Source: an uncultured Actinomycetota bacterium (GTDB lineage Bacteria; Actinomycetota; Humimicrobiia; Humimicrobiales; Humimicrobiaceae). Taken from it: DNA of 48,839 nt. Each line of letters starts with the position of its first letter. Position 1 is the first letter of the stretch. The position numbers and the translations under genes are program-made. The notes under the pieces were generated by a model. That model saw only the letters and a program-made list of their open reading frames with translations. It did no database searches and was not told the origin of the DNA. Below, one piece after another: positions 39,492-48,839 of this stretch. The DNA is taken from assembly GCA_964354265.1 (NCBI GenBank), contig CAYGYY010000003.1, positions 1 through 48,839 on the forward strand. The letters run 5' to 3'.

Positions 39492-39931
39492 TGGAAAAAT
39501 TATTTGTAGATACAGACATAATTCTTGATATTGTTTTAAAAAGGGCCCCCTTTTTTGCAGATTCACAGAAGATACTATCCCTGATTGAAAGTAATTATTT
39601 TTCCGGTTTTACTTCATCCCTTGTAATAACGAATTGCTATTATGTTATAAGCAGCAGTAAAGATGAAAAAATCGCCATTAAAACAATTTCGAAATTAAGG
39701 GCTATTTTGAATGTACTGCCTTTTACTGATAAAGAAATAGGTGAATCACTTAATTCAAACATAAAAGATTTCGAAGATGGGGTGCAATATTTTATTGCTG
39801 TAAATAATAATATAGATAACCTTATTACTAGAAATATTTCAGACTATAAGGACCTGGATATAAATATACTGAGTCCAAAAGATTTTTTAAATCTGGAAAA
39901 AATCAGGGGGATTATTGAAGCAAAAATATGA
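39488..39931 (+). CDS. PIN-domain toxin
   Basis: LFVDTDIILD, KDFEDGVQY, ITRNISDY. Confidence 0.9.
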   Translation: MMEKLFVDTDIILDIVLKRAPFFADSQKILSLIESNYFSGFTSSLVITNCYYVISSSKDEKIAIKTISKLRAILNVLPFTDKEIGESLNSNIKDFEDGVQYFIAVNNNIDNLITRNISDYKDLDINILSPKDFLNLEKIRGIIEAKI

Positions 39932-40009
39932 CGCAATGTTGCAGGTTATCTTTACAATTGCAGATTTCAGGAATATGATTCCAGTTTAGATTTATTATTT
40001 TTAATTACA

Positions 40010-41044
40010 ATGAAGCTTACTGAAAGAAAAATAGAGATACTCAGGGAAGTGATAACAAGGTTTATCGGAAGTGCCGAGCCTGTTTCTTCACAGTGTATTG
40101 CGGAGAGTTCAGGCTTTGAAATAAGTCCTGCAACCATCCGGAAAGAAATGGCTGAGCTTGAGGAAATGGGTTATCTTAGCCATCCCCACACATCTGCGGG
40201 AAGGATTCCTTCAGATAAAGGGTACAGGTTTTTTGTTGATAACTTTATAAGCTCGCGGGCCGCATCAGTGGCGCTGCAGGGTGACTCCGGGATTGCGGCC
40301 TTCAAGATTGACGCTGGAAATGACATGGAGATGGAAACAGTACTGCGGAAATCTTCAGAGCAGCTGGCAAGGCTGACAAATTACCTGTCAATGATAGTTG
40401 CTCCAGCGATTTATCAGAGCAGGTTTAAACATCTTGAAATTCTTAAGTTCAATCAGGGTAATTTTCTCCTGGTCCTTATAACTGATACCGGAAGGGTATA
40501 CAAGAGGAATTTTGTTCTTGAAGGAATGTATCACAGCCTTGATTTCCAGTCAGTCTCCAATTTACTTAACTCCCAGCTGAGGGACAAGAATATATCTGAG
40601 ATGGATTATACAAATATTAAGATATCAGAAAAGGATTCATATCTTATTCCCCTCATTAAAAGGATTATAGAATTGATTAAAAGCTGCCTGCAGGAGACTT
40701 TGCTATATAACAGGATATTTGTATCCGGCGCTTCTACAGTATTAAACCAGCCGGACTTTATCGACCTTAAAAAAATACAGAGCATCCTTGGAATAATTGA
40801 AAATGAGTATCTTTTGATGGATATGCTCTTAAATCTTTCAGATGAGCAGGATTTTGTAATAAAAATCGGTTCGGAGATTTTCGAGGAAGGTCCTGATGAC
40901 TTAAGTCTTGTGGCATCCCGGTATAGGATATATGAACACGCAACGGGAACCATAGGTATCCTTGGCCCGAAAAGGATGGACTATTACCGGGTTGTGAGTA
41001 TAATAAATGCATTTGTTAAAAATCTCAGGGCGTTATTCAGCTGA
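40010..41044 (+). CDS. hrcA: Heat-inducible transcription repressor
   Basis: LTERKIEIL, EPVSS, SPATIRKEMAELEEMGYLSHPHTSAGRIPSDKGYRFFVD, GPKRMDY. Confidence 0.97.
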   Translation: MKLTERKIEILREVITRFIGSAEPVSSQCIAESSGFEISPATIRKEMAELEEMGYLSHPHTSAGRIPSDKGYRFFVDNFISSRAASVALQGDSGIAAFKIDAGNDMEMETVLRKSSEQLARLTNYLSMIVAPAIYQSRFKHLEILKFNQGNFLLVLITDTGRVYKRNFVLEGMYHSLDFQSVSNLLNSQLRDKNISEMDYTNIKISEKDSYLIPLIKRIIELIKSCLQETLLYNRIFVSGASTVLNQPDFIDLKKIQSILGIIENEYLLMDMLLNLSDEQDFVIKIGSEIFEEGPDDLSLVASRYRIYEHATGTIGILGPKRMDYYRVVSIINAFVKNLRALFS

Positions 41045-41164
41045 CTCTGGTTTTTAGTCGCCCGGACATAATTAATAATAAAGCATTGAGTTTTTGGGCA
41101 GATTTTTTGGAAAGTATAAATATTTTCAGGCTTTTCTGAGCTTATAAACTTTTGAGGTGATTTT

Positions 41165-42307
41165 TTGGCTAATAACAAAAGAGACTATTATGTAGTACTG
41201 GGACTGTCAAAAGAATGCAGTTCCACTGATATAAAACAGTCTTACAGAAGGCTTGCGCGGCAATATCATCCTGATGTAAACAACGGCGACCCTGATGCCG
41301 AAGAAAAATTCAAAGAGATATCTGAAGCATATGCTGTTTTAAGCAATGATGAAAAGAGGAGGCAGTATGACTCATATGGGTTTAATGGCAGCCTTTTTGA
41401 CGGTATTAACTTTGACAGTGTTTTCTCTGAATTCGGGTTTGGCGATATATTCAGTATGTTTTTTGGCGGCAGTTTTGGCGGCGGTTTTTCGCAAGAAGGG
41501 AGAAGGTCAAGGAAACAGAAGAGGGGTTCTGATACAGTTATTGAGACTGTAATAGAATTCAAGGAATCTGCATTCGGCACCAAAAAAGAAATTGAATATC
41601 CTGTAGATATAAGCTGCGAAAAGTGTGGCGGGACTGGAGCTGCAACAGTTAACGGAATAGTAACCTGCAGCGTATGCAGGGGAAGCGGCCAGGTAAGAGT
41701 CAGCAGGAATACATTCCTTGGAAGTATGGTTACGACTTCCATATGCGGTTCATGCAATGGCGCAGGCACCATTATAAAGGACCCCTGCGTCACCTGTAAT
41801 GGTAAGGGATATGTCAGGGGGAAAAATAAAATGGTTGTCGATATCCCTTCAGGCATAAACAACCAGGACCAGTTAAGGGTACCCCAGAGAGGCAATTCAA
41901 TGGGTAAAGATTCTATATCCGGAGATCTCATAATCACGGTGTATGTAAAAAAACACCCTGCATTTAACAGGGAAGGGAGCAATGTTATTACAACTGCAAA
42001 TATTTCCTTCGCGCAGGCTGCCCTTGGCACAAAGCTTGACATTGAAACACTTGATGGCATGGAGGAATTGCTAATAAAGCCAGGCACACAACCAGGCACA
42101 AAGGTAACATTAAAATCCAAGGGCATTATTCCTTTGCAAAGTACAAGAAGAGGGGACCATATTATTTATTTAAATGTAAAGATACCCAATGATTTAAGCA
42201 GCGCCGAAATTGAGTTGCTAAAGAAATATGCCGAGGGACGAAAAGAGTATACCGGAGATGGTTCCACCGGTTTCTTTTCAACTATAAAAAATGCGTTTAA
42301 GAGATAA
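41165..42307 (+). CDS. dnaJ: Chaperone DnaJ
   Basis: J-domain HPD, G/F region, four CxxCxGxG repeats. Confidence 0.97.
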   Translation: MANNKRDYYVVLGLSKECSSTDIKQSYRRLARQYHPDVNNGDPDAEEKFKEISEAYAVLSNDEKRRQYDSYGFNGSLFDGINFDSVFSEFGFGDIFSMFFGGSFGGGFSQEGRRSRKQKRGSDTVIETVIEFKESAFGTKKEIEYPVDISCEKCGGTGAATVNGIVTCSVCRGSGQVRVSRNTFLGSMVTTSICGSCNGAGTIIKDPCVTCNGKGYVRGKNKMVVDIPSGINNQDQLRVPQRGNSMGKDSISGDLIITVYVKKHPAFNREGSNVITTANISFAQAALGTKLDIETLDGMEELLIKPGTQPGTKVTLKSKGIIPLQSTRRGDHIIYLNVKIPNDLSSAEIELLKKYAEGRKEYTGDGSTGFFSTIKNAFKR

Positions 42308-42322
42308 TCAACCACTCTGCCA

Positions 42323-43126
42323 ATGAGCAATCCTTATTTTTTCATTGATAAAAAAAGCATAGAAAATATAGACAGCCCGGGGAGCATTTGCAGCAGGGAA
42401 TCTGCCCTGAATATATGCGGTATGGATTTTTACCACCTTATAAAAGTTTTAAGGGCAAAGCCCGGCGATATCATAGAATTATCGGACAATGAATGTTTCA
42501 GGTATTTAACTCAACTGGAAGAAATCCAAAAAGATAAAGCGGTTCTTTTAATAAAAGAAAAATACCCGATTTGCAGAAGATCACCGTCAGTATATTTGTT
42601 TCAATGCATATTAAAAAAAGAAGCAATGGAGCTTGCAATACAAAAAACCGTTGAAATTGGGGTAGACTGCATAATACCCATTATAAGTGAAAGAGTAGTA
42701 GTCAAACTGGATGAAGGCAGGACTTCTGCAAGAGTTCTGAGATGGCAGCAGATAGCGTCTGAAGCTTCAAAACAATGCAAGCGAGACTTTGAGTGCAGGA
42801 TCTTAAATCCTGCAGGTATAGTGGATATAAAAACAGGCGATTTTGGAGTGTTCTTTGCGCCTGTTGAAGTGGCAATATTGAAAGAAAGCAAAAAAAACCC
42901 GGAAAGCCTGGAAAATATTTCACGGGTTAACATGGGAATAGATTTGCATGAGGTGGAAAAAATAGCTTATATAATTGGGCCGGAGGGCGGATTTGAAGAA
43001 AAAGAAATCAGCCTGCTGGCAAAAAATAATGCCCTGCTTGTAAATTTTGGAAATAATATACTGAGGGCTGAAACAGCTGCAATTTACTTCCTGTCGATTC
43101 TTGACTATCTTATCAAAAAAAACTGA
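42323..43126 (+). CDS. rsmE: 16S rRNA m3U1498 methyltransferase
   Basis: HLIKVLR, QKTVEIG, EASKQCKR, IIGPEGGF, ILRAETA. Confidence 0.95.
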   Translation: MSNPYFFIDKKSIENIDSPGSICSRESALNICGMDFYHLIKVLRAKPGDIIELSDNECFRYLTQLEEIQKDKAVLLIKEKYPICRRSPSVYLFQCILKKEAMELAIQKTVEIGVDCIIPIISERVVVKLDEGRTSARVLRWQQIASEASKQCKRDFECRILNPAGIVDIKTGDFGVFFAPVEVAILKESKKNPESLENISRVNMGIDLHEVEKIAYIIGPEGGFEEKEISLLAKNNALLVNFGNNILRAETAAIYFLSILDYLIKKN

Positions 43127-43178
43127 CAAATTTTTAGAAAGACCCTGGCCAGGTAAACCAGGATGGATGATTTTTTAT

Positions 43179-44519
43179 ATGAATGAATTAAGACCTACGA
43201 CTTTTTCACTCATTACAATTGGCTGTAAAACCAACCAGAGCGAGTCTGACGCTATTGCCAGGAAACTTTCCGGTTACGGTTTTGTCCATATAAAGCCCGT
43301 ACATGGCGCTGGCCATGATCCTGCGCAGTTCCCGGACTATATAATAATCAATACATGCACAGTTACTGCTGCCACAGACAGCAAGGTAAGACATGCTTTG
43401 AGGACAGCAAGAAAATCTTCTCCAGGTTCATTGATTATTGTGACCGGATGCTATACGTTATTTAATGAAAAGACATTAAAAGAGCTTGGAGCTGACCATG
43501 TGTTTTTTAATATAGAAAAAGACAAAATTATTGCATTTTTAAGAGAAGAAACAGCGTTACAGTCTTCGAGCCTGGAGTTAAAGAGAGCAAATGCAGCAAG
43601 TCCTGTGCATGCAAGAAGCAGGGCTTTTGTAAAAATCCAGGACGGATGCCAGCAGGGATGCATGTATTGCATAGTCCCCCGGGTAAGGGGCCCTTATATG
43701 AGTACAAAAGCAGGAGACGTAATTTATGAGATAAACTATCTGGTCTGTCAGGGGTATGAAGAAATAGTGCTTACCGGGATACATATAGGCAAATATGGCG
43801 TAGACATCCCGGAAGATGGTTCGACAATAAACAGCCTTTCAGGACTGCTGGATGAAATTATTGCAAAAACCGATATAAGAAGGATAAGGCTTAGTTCCAT
43901 AGAGATAAATGAGGTGGATGAAGAGCTTATTGATATTATCGTCAAAAGCAAGGGCCGTATTGCAAGGCATCTTCATATACCGCTTCAAAGTGGAAGCGAT
44001 AGGGTTCTTGCCGAAATGGGCAGGAAATATGATGCAGGTTTTTATTCAACTATCGCCGAATCTATAAAAAGAAAAATACCAGGCATTACTTTTACAACCG
44101 ATATCATAACCGGGTTTCCCGGTGAGACAGAAGAAGATTTTTTCATGACTCTTGAGCTGCTGAAACGTATGGATTTTAGCAAGACCCATGTATTTAAATT
44201 TTCACCGAGAGCAAAAACAGCCGCTGCAGAAATGAAGCTTCAGGTAGATGAAAAGACTAAAAAAGATAGAAGCAGGCTGGCAAGGGAGCTGGGAGATAAA
44301 TTAAGGCAGGAATATGTCAGGTCGAATGCAGGGCAAATCCTGGAAATTGTTTTCGAGGAGAATAATGAAAAGACAGGAATTGCAAGCGGCACTTCTGAAA
44401 ATTATATAAAGGTATATTTCAAGCATGGCCTGAAAGATTACTGTACAGAAAAAAGCAAAATATTAAGAATAAGGACAGTCGCCCCGTATAAAGACGGCCT
44501 GTTTGGCATATTGATTTGA
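43179..44519 (+). CDS. mtaB: tRNA t6A37 methylthiotransferase
   Basis: TIGCKTNQSES, INTCTVT, KIQDGCQQGCMYCIVP radical-SAM motif, HLHIPLQSGSD; ATG at 43179 preferred. Confidence 0.93.
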   Translation: MNELRPTTFSLITIGCKTNQSESDAIARKLSGYGFVHIKPVHGAGHDPAQFPDYIIINTCTVTAATDSKVRHALRTARKSSPGSLIIVTGCYTLFNEKTLKELGADHVFFNIEKDKIIAFLREETALQSSSLELKRANAASPVHARSRAFVKIQDGCQQGCMYCIVPRVRGPYMSTKAGDVIYEINYLVCQGYEEIVLTGIHIGKYGVDIPEDGSTINSLSGLLDEIIAKTDIRRIRLSSIEINEVDEELIDIIVKSKGRIARHLHIPLQSGSDRVLAEMGRKYDAGFYSTIAESIKRKIPGITFTTDIITGFPGETEEDFFMTLELLKRMDFSKTHVFKFSPRAKTAAAEMKLQVDEKTKKDRSRLARELGDKLRQEYVRSNAGQILEIVFEENNEKTGIASGTSENYIKVYFKHGLKDYCTEKSKILRIRTVAPYKDGLFGILI

Positions 44520-44743
44520 CATTTATGCAATAACTGGCCTAAGCTTATATCTATGCTTATTATGGTAAATTAATTGCAATAATTGCAGCAGTTCAGCAGC
44601 GCTTCTGGAATTCTGCAGGAATATTGTAATTATCTATAAATAAAGTATAATTTATTATTTTTGTAATAAGTATTTATGGATTTTGTAAGCTCCGGTAAGC
44701 TTTATTAATAAATGAATATATTTTTAATTAGGGGTTAACATTT

Positions 44744-45088
44744 ATGGATGATTGTTTATTCTGTAAGATCGTCATGAAAGAAATAAAGAGCGATGTAATA
44801 TTCGAGAATGAAAATGTACTTGTATTTAAGGATATAAATCCTAAAGCGCCAGTTCATCTGCTTGTAGTGCCGAAAAAGCATGTGAGCAGCATTATGGAAG
44901 TAGGGCAACTAAGCAGCGGGGAAATAAGTAGTATAATAAACTCGATATCAATGACGGCAAAAGAGCTGGGGCTTGAAAAAGATGGTTTCAGGGTTGTTAC
45001 AAATACAGGTCCAGGAGCCGGCCAGAGTGTTGCGCATCTTCATTTTCATATTCTTGGCAAAAGGAAATTTACATGGCCTCCAGGATAA
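44744..45088 (+). CDS. Histidine triad (HIT) nucleotide-binding protein
   Basis: DCLFCKI, DINPKAPVH, GQSVAHLHFH, WPPG. Confidence 0.96.
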   Translation: MDDCLFCKIVMKEIKSDVIFENENVLVFKDINPKAPVHLLVVPKKHVSSIMEVGQLSSGEISSIINSISMTAKELGLEKDGFRVVTNTGPGAGQSVAHLHFHILGKRKFTWPPG

Positions 45089-45172
45089 TTACTTATTGAA
45101 AAAGGACCTGTAAAAAACGTTCCCGGAGAACTGTGCAAATATTAACCTCTTCATTAATAATAGGGAGGGACT

Positions 45173-46159
45173 TTGTACCAGACAAAGCAAAAAATTACGC
45201 TTGATTTTACAAAAAACCATTCTATTGCAGAACTATTAGGCGATGGAGATAAGCTCGTCAAGCTTATTGAGAATGAATATGATGTTGACATTTTTGTTCT
45301 GGGAAATGACCTGGAGATATCAGGTAAAAGCAAGCATGTCGCCGAAGTGGCCAAGCTTTTAAATGAGCTTGCCCTGCAGATAAACCTCGGGCAAAAAATA
45401 GACACACAAAGGGTAAATGACTCTATAAAAATAATGGAAGACAAATCAGAATTGAAACCGCATGAGATATTCAATGATTATATAATTGTGAATAGCGGAA
45501 AAAAGATAAAAGCTCGGACCGAAGGGCAGAAGCGCTACATTGAGGCAATAAGGGACAATACTATTATCTTCGGCATAGGGCCTGCCGGAACCGGCAAGAC
45601 ATATCTTGCCCTGGCAATGGCAGTTGGCGCGCTTATCAGGAATGAGATAGGCAGGATAATACTTGTAAAGCCTGTTGTAGAGGCCGGGGAAAAACTGGGA
45701 TTTCTACCGGGCGATATGTACGACAAGATTAACCCGTACCTGCGGCCTCTCTACGATGCTTTATACGAAATGCTGGATATCGAGACTTTCCAGCACTATA
45801 TGGACATAGGGATAATAGAGGTCGTTCCGCTGGCATATATGAGGGGCAGGACTTTAAACGATTCCTTTATAATACTTGATGAAGCACAGAATGCGTCCCC
45901 TGAACAGATGAAGATGTTTTTGACAAGACTTGGTTTTGGTTCAAAGGTCGTAATAACAGGCGATATTACCCAGATAGATCTTCCTGTTGAAAGAAAGTCA
46001 GGCCTGGTGCAGGTAAGGAACATCCTGGGCAGCATCCCCGGGATAGAATTTGTATACCTGACATCAAAAGATGTCGTAAGGCATTCACTTGTGCAGAAAA
46101 TAGTCGATGCATATAAACTTTATGAAGATAACAATTCAGGTGAAGCAGAAAAGCCATGA
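45173..46159 (+). CDS. phoH: PhoH-like ATPase/RNA helicase
   Basis: GPAGTGKTYLA, VEAGEKLGFLPG, YMRGRTL, LDEAQN, VVRHSLV. Confidence 0.96.
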   Translation: MYQTKQKITLDFTKNHSIAELLGDGDKLVKLIENEYDVDIFVLGNDLEISGKSKHVAEVAKLLNELALQINLGQKIDTQRVNDSIKIMEDKSELKPHEIFNDYIIVNSGKKIKARTEGQKRYIEAIRDNTIIFGIGPAGTGKTYLALAMAVGALIRNEIGRIILVKPVVEAGEKLGFLPGDMYDKINPYLRPLYDALYEMLDIETFQHYMDIGIIEVVPLAYMRGRTLNDSFIILDEAQNASPEQMKMFLTRLGFGSKVVITGDITQIDLPVERKSGLVQVRNILGSIPGIEFVYLTSKDVVRHSLVQKIVDAYKLYEDNNSGEAEKP

Positions 46160-48348
46160 TTGCAAGAAGCAGAAGCTTAAAGAATAAGACAAACGAAATA
46201 ATAAAATCGGACGAAGATGAAGACATAAAAACTTCCAGGGGTTTTTTCTGGAAATATTTCTCTTTCAAGAGCAAGATAGCCCAGAGGCTTTACATATTTA
46301 TTTTTACTGCTGCAGCAATAATATTGACCCTTTCATATAATTACACTCCCGACATGGGTATTGAACTTGGCCAGCCAAGCCCCAGGACCATAAAAGCAAA
46401 TCAGGATGTGCAGTTTGAGGATGTGGCAAAAACTGAGGAGGACAGGGACAAGAATGAAGCGCAGGTGCAAAATGTATTTTCTTATGACCCTGAAGTATTA
46501 AATGGCAAGGAAGGCGTCCTTTACCAGATTAAATATTTTTTCCTTCTTTCTCAGATTGTAAGCGCAAAGGAGGATAAGACTGATGAAGAAAAGGTCTCAT
46601 ATCTCACCAACCTTTTGGGCAGCGCTTACCCGGAATCTGCAATACAGACGGCGCTTGGTTTTTCGGTTGATAAAAACAATATGGTAATGAATGAGGCCCT
46701 GGGAGTTGCCAGGGAAATCATGAACGAAAAAATACAGCCCACAGAAGTCGATTTTGTTAAAAACGAAGTGCCGGATCATGTCATAAACAATGAGAACTTA
46801 AACCTGCAGGAAAAAACACTGATAATCGATATTTTGCAGGGCAATATAAAACCAACTGCAGTCTTTGACCCGGCTGCTACTGAGCAGGCGAAAGTTGAAG
46901 CCAGGCTTAAGACACCCCCGCATACGATAAGTATTGTTGAAGGACAGACTATTGTATCTGAAGGTGAGGTAGTCGAAGAAGAGGATATAATAACTCTTGA
47001 GAGGCTTGGCCTTATGGAAAGTGAAATAAACTGGACGAGGTATCTTTATATAACTCTTGTTGTGCTGGTTCTGCTTTCCATGGTTGGCATGTACCTGTAC
47101 AGGTTTGAAACCATAATTTACAACAACATAAGAAAGGTGCTTATAATATCCCTATTCCTGGTAATTTTTACTATAATAATCAAAGGGCTAAATACACTTG
47201 CAACAATACATCTTAACCTCTGGAATTACCTTTTTCCTGTTATTGCGTTATCAATGCTAATGACCGTTATATTTGATGCAAAGCTTGGAATAATCCTGAC
47301 TATTTGCATAAGCTTTTTTGTAGGAATAGCGACAAATCTTGATTTCAGCCTTACGATTGCATATATGGTGGGCGGTATTTTTTCTACTTATCTTGTTTCA
47401 AACGCATCCCAAAGATCCTCTGTCATGCGCGGCGGCTTTATTTCCTCACTTATACTTGGGTTCATGTTTTTTGTAGTCAACCTTTCAAGCGGACAGGTAT
47501 CCACCATTGTCCTTTATACATTTATGGGAATATTAAATGGCATAATCTGTTCAATCCTCACCATAGGACTCATGCCTTTTATAGAGTCAGCATTCAAGAT
47601 AGTAACAGCTATGGGCCTCCTTGAACTCTCACATACAGACCAGCGCATATTAAAGGATATGCTTGTAAAGGCGCCCGGAACATATAATCACAGCCTTCTT
47701 GTTTCACACCTTTCAGAAAATGCAGCAAAAGCAATAGGCGCTGATTATATGCTGGTAAAAGTGGCTGCACTATACCATGATATTGGAAAGCTTAGAAGGC
47801 CGGAGTATTTCTATGAAAACCAGTCAAACATGGAAAATGTCCATGACAAACTTAATCCTTCAATGAGTAAGAATATTATTGCAAGCCATATAAGGGATGG
47901 CATCGAGGATTCGATTAAAAATAATATACCAAGAAAGGTAATCCAGGTAATTTCACAGCATCACGGGACTTCCCTTATGAATTATTTTTATGAAAAACAT
48001 AAGGACAGGGAAACAATCAGGACTTCAAACGGTTACTCGGAATTGTTAGAAAGCCATTTCAGGTACCAGACGAGAAAACCGCAGACCAGGGAAGCAGCAA
48101 TACTTATGCTTGCAGATTCTTCAGAGGCCGCAGTAAGGTCTATTGAAGAAATAACCCCTAAAAAGATCGAACAGATGGTAACTTATATTATTGACAATAA
48201 AATAAAAGATGGACAGCTGGATGAAGCCGATATTACCCTTAAAGAAATAAACATAATCAGGCAGAATTTGATTGACGGCCTCATCTCGCTTTACCACTCC
48301 AGGCTCACTTATCCCGGAACAGACGTTAAAGTCGTGAGCGGTAAATGA
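46156..48348 (+). CDS. 7TM-HD (HDIG) phosphohydrolase, PgpH/YqfF-like cyclic-di-AMP phosphodiesterase
   Basis: N-terminal TM, extracellular domain, 7TM block, APGTYNHS, YHDIGK, QHHGT, LADSSEAA; phoH-X-ybeY synteny. Confidence 0.88.
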   Translation: MIARSRSLKNKTNEIIKSDEDEDIKTSRGFFWKYFSFKSKIAQRLYIFIFTAAAIILTLSYNYTPDMGIELGQPSPRTIKANQDVQFEDVAKTEEDRDKNEAQVQNVFSYDPEVLNGKEGVLYQIKYFFLLSQIVSAKEDKTDEEKVSYLTNLLGSAYPESAIQTALGFSVDKNNMVMNEALGVAREIMNEKIQPTEVDFVKNEVPDHVINNENLNLQEKTLIIDILQGNIKPTAVFDPAATEQAKVEARLKTPPHTISIVEGQTIVSEGEVVEEEDIITLERLGLMESEINWTRYLYITLVVLVLLSMVGMYLYRFETIIYNNIRKVLIISLFLVIFTIIIKGLNTLATIHLNLWNYLFPVIALSMLMTVIFDAKLGIILTICISFFVGIATNLDFSLTIAYMVGGIFSTYLVSNASQRSSVMRGGFISSLILGFMFFVVNLSSGQVSTIVLYTFMGILNGIICSILTIGLMPFIESAFKIVTAMGLLELSHTDQRILKDMLVKAPGTYNHSLLVSHLSENAAKAIGADYMLVKVAALYHDIGKLRRPEYFYENQSNMENVHDKLNPSMSKNIIASHIRDGIEDSIKNNIPRKVIQVISQHHGTSLMNYFYEKHKDRETIRTSNGYSELLESHFRYQTRKPQTREAAILMLADSSEAAVRSIEEITPKKIEQMVTYIIDNKIKDGQLDEADITLKEINIIRQNLIDGLISLYHSRLTYPGTDVKVVSGK

Positions 48349-48839
48349 AAGTGATATTGCTTGACCGCCAGGATAAAGTCGAACTTGATATACCAAAACT
48401 AAAAAAGATATCCTCCTATATTGCCGGTAAATTTAACAAAGATAAAAGCTTAGAGCTCAACATTGTCTTTGTTGCCAGCGAAGAGATGGCCATCCTTAAC
48501 AGGAAATACAGGAATAAAGAGGGAGCCACTGATGTGCTTTCTTTTTCTTATAATAATATCATTTCTCCCGATAGAGCAGCAAAAGACAAGAATTTTTTAT
48601 TATCTGAGCTGTTTGACAGTGCCCACGGATTTACAGTTGCCGGCGAAGTCATAATCTGTCCCGAACTTGCTGAAGAAAATGCGAAAAAAAACAGTCCCAA
48701 ATTCTTTTCCGGCTGGGATACTGTAAGGGAAATAATAGTGCTGATAATCCATGGTGTTCTCCATATATATGATTATGACCATGAAACCAGGGAAGACATG
48801 TTAAAAATGGAGAGTATCCAGAACAGTATTTTAAATGAT
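48345..48839 (+). CDS. ybeY: rRNA maturation endoribonuclease YbeY (partial, runs off the window)
   Basis: Manual translation from the ATGA overlap: LNRKYRNKEGATDVLSF...GEVIICP...HGVLHIYDYDH; absent from the ORF track because no stop falls in the window. Confidence 0.93.
   Translation, partial: MKVILLDRQDKVELDIPKLKKISSYIAGKFNKDKSLELNIVFVASEEMAILNRKYRNKEGATDVLSFSYNNIISPDRAAKDKNFLLSELFDSAHGFTVAGEVIICPELAEENAKKNSPKFFSGWDTVREIIVLIIHGVLHIYDYDHETREDMLKMESIQNSILND

Noticed and set aside
41266-42126. Long antisense ORFs (286 aa opposite dnaJ; also 201 aa opposite groEL, 195 aa opposite guaB3, and many short ones)
   Set aside because: Shadow frames of conserved genes, with no recognisable motifs

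Overview
A 48.8-kb, gene-dense, AT-rich bacterial chromosomal segment made mostly of housekeeping genes: ligA 3' end, gatCAB, ppa-udg-tsaEBD, CIRCE-groES-groEL, plsY-guaB3-guaA, chorismate mutase-aroF-pcrA, a TPP-riboswitch thiN-thiXYZ operon, and hrcA-dnaJ-rsmE-mtaB-hit-phoH-pgpH-ybeY. Gene order (tsaD-groES, guaB3-guaA, hrcA-dnaJ without grpE/dnaK) suggests a low-GC, probably anaerobic, deep-branching actinobacterium; this is inference only. Accessory content: two PIN-type toxin-antitoxin pairs with candidate operators, an unannotated hicA remnant, metal exporters, and a monoderm-type Tad/Flp pilus operon (5982-14434). The standout signal is a 450-aa gene between tadE and tadG. Its aromatic repeat blocks (WVDTSHW / xVxDGxW) form an exact mirror image, with all paired positions summing to residue 370. 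This predicts a single long antiparallel beta-hairpin stalk carrying a tip domain, i.e. a candidate new Tad-associated adhesin or appendage. I saw no rRNA, tRNA, CRISPR array, integrase or transposase.
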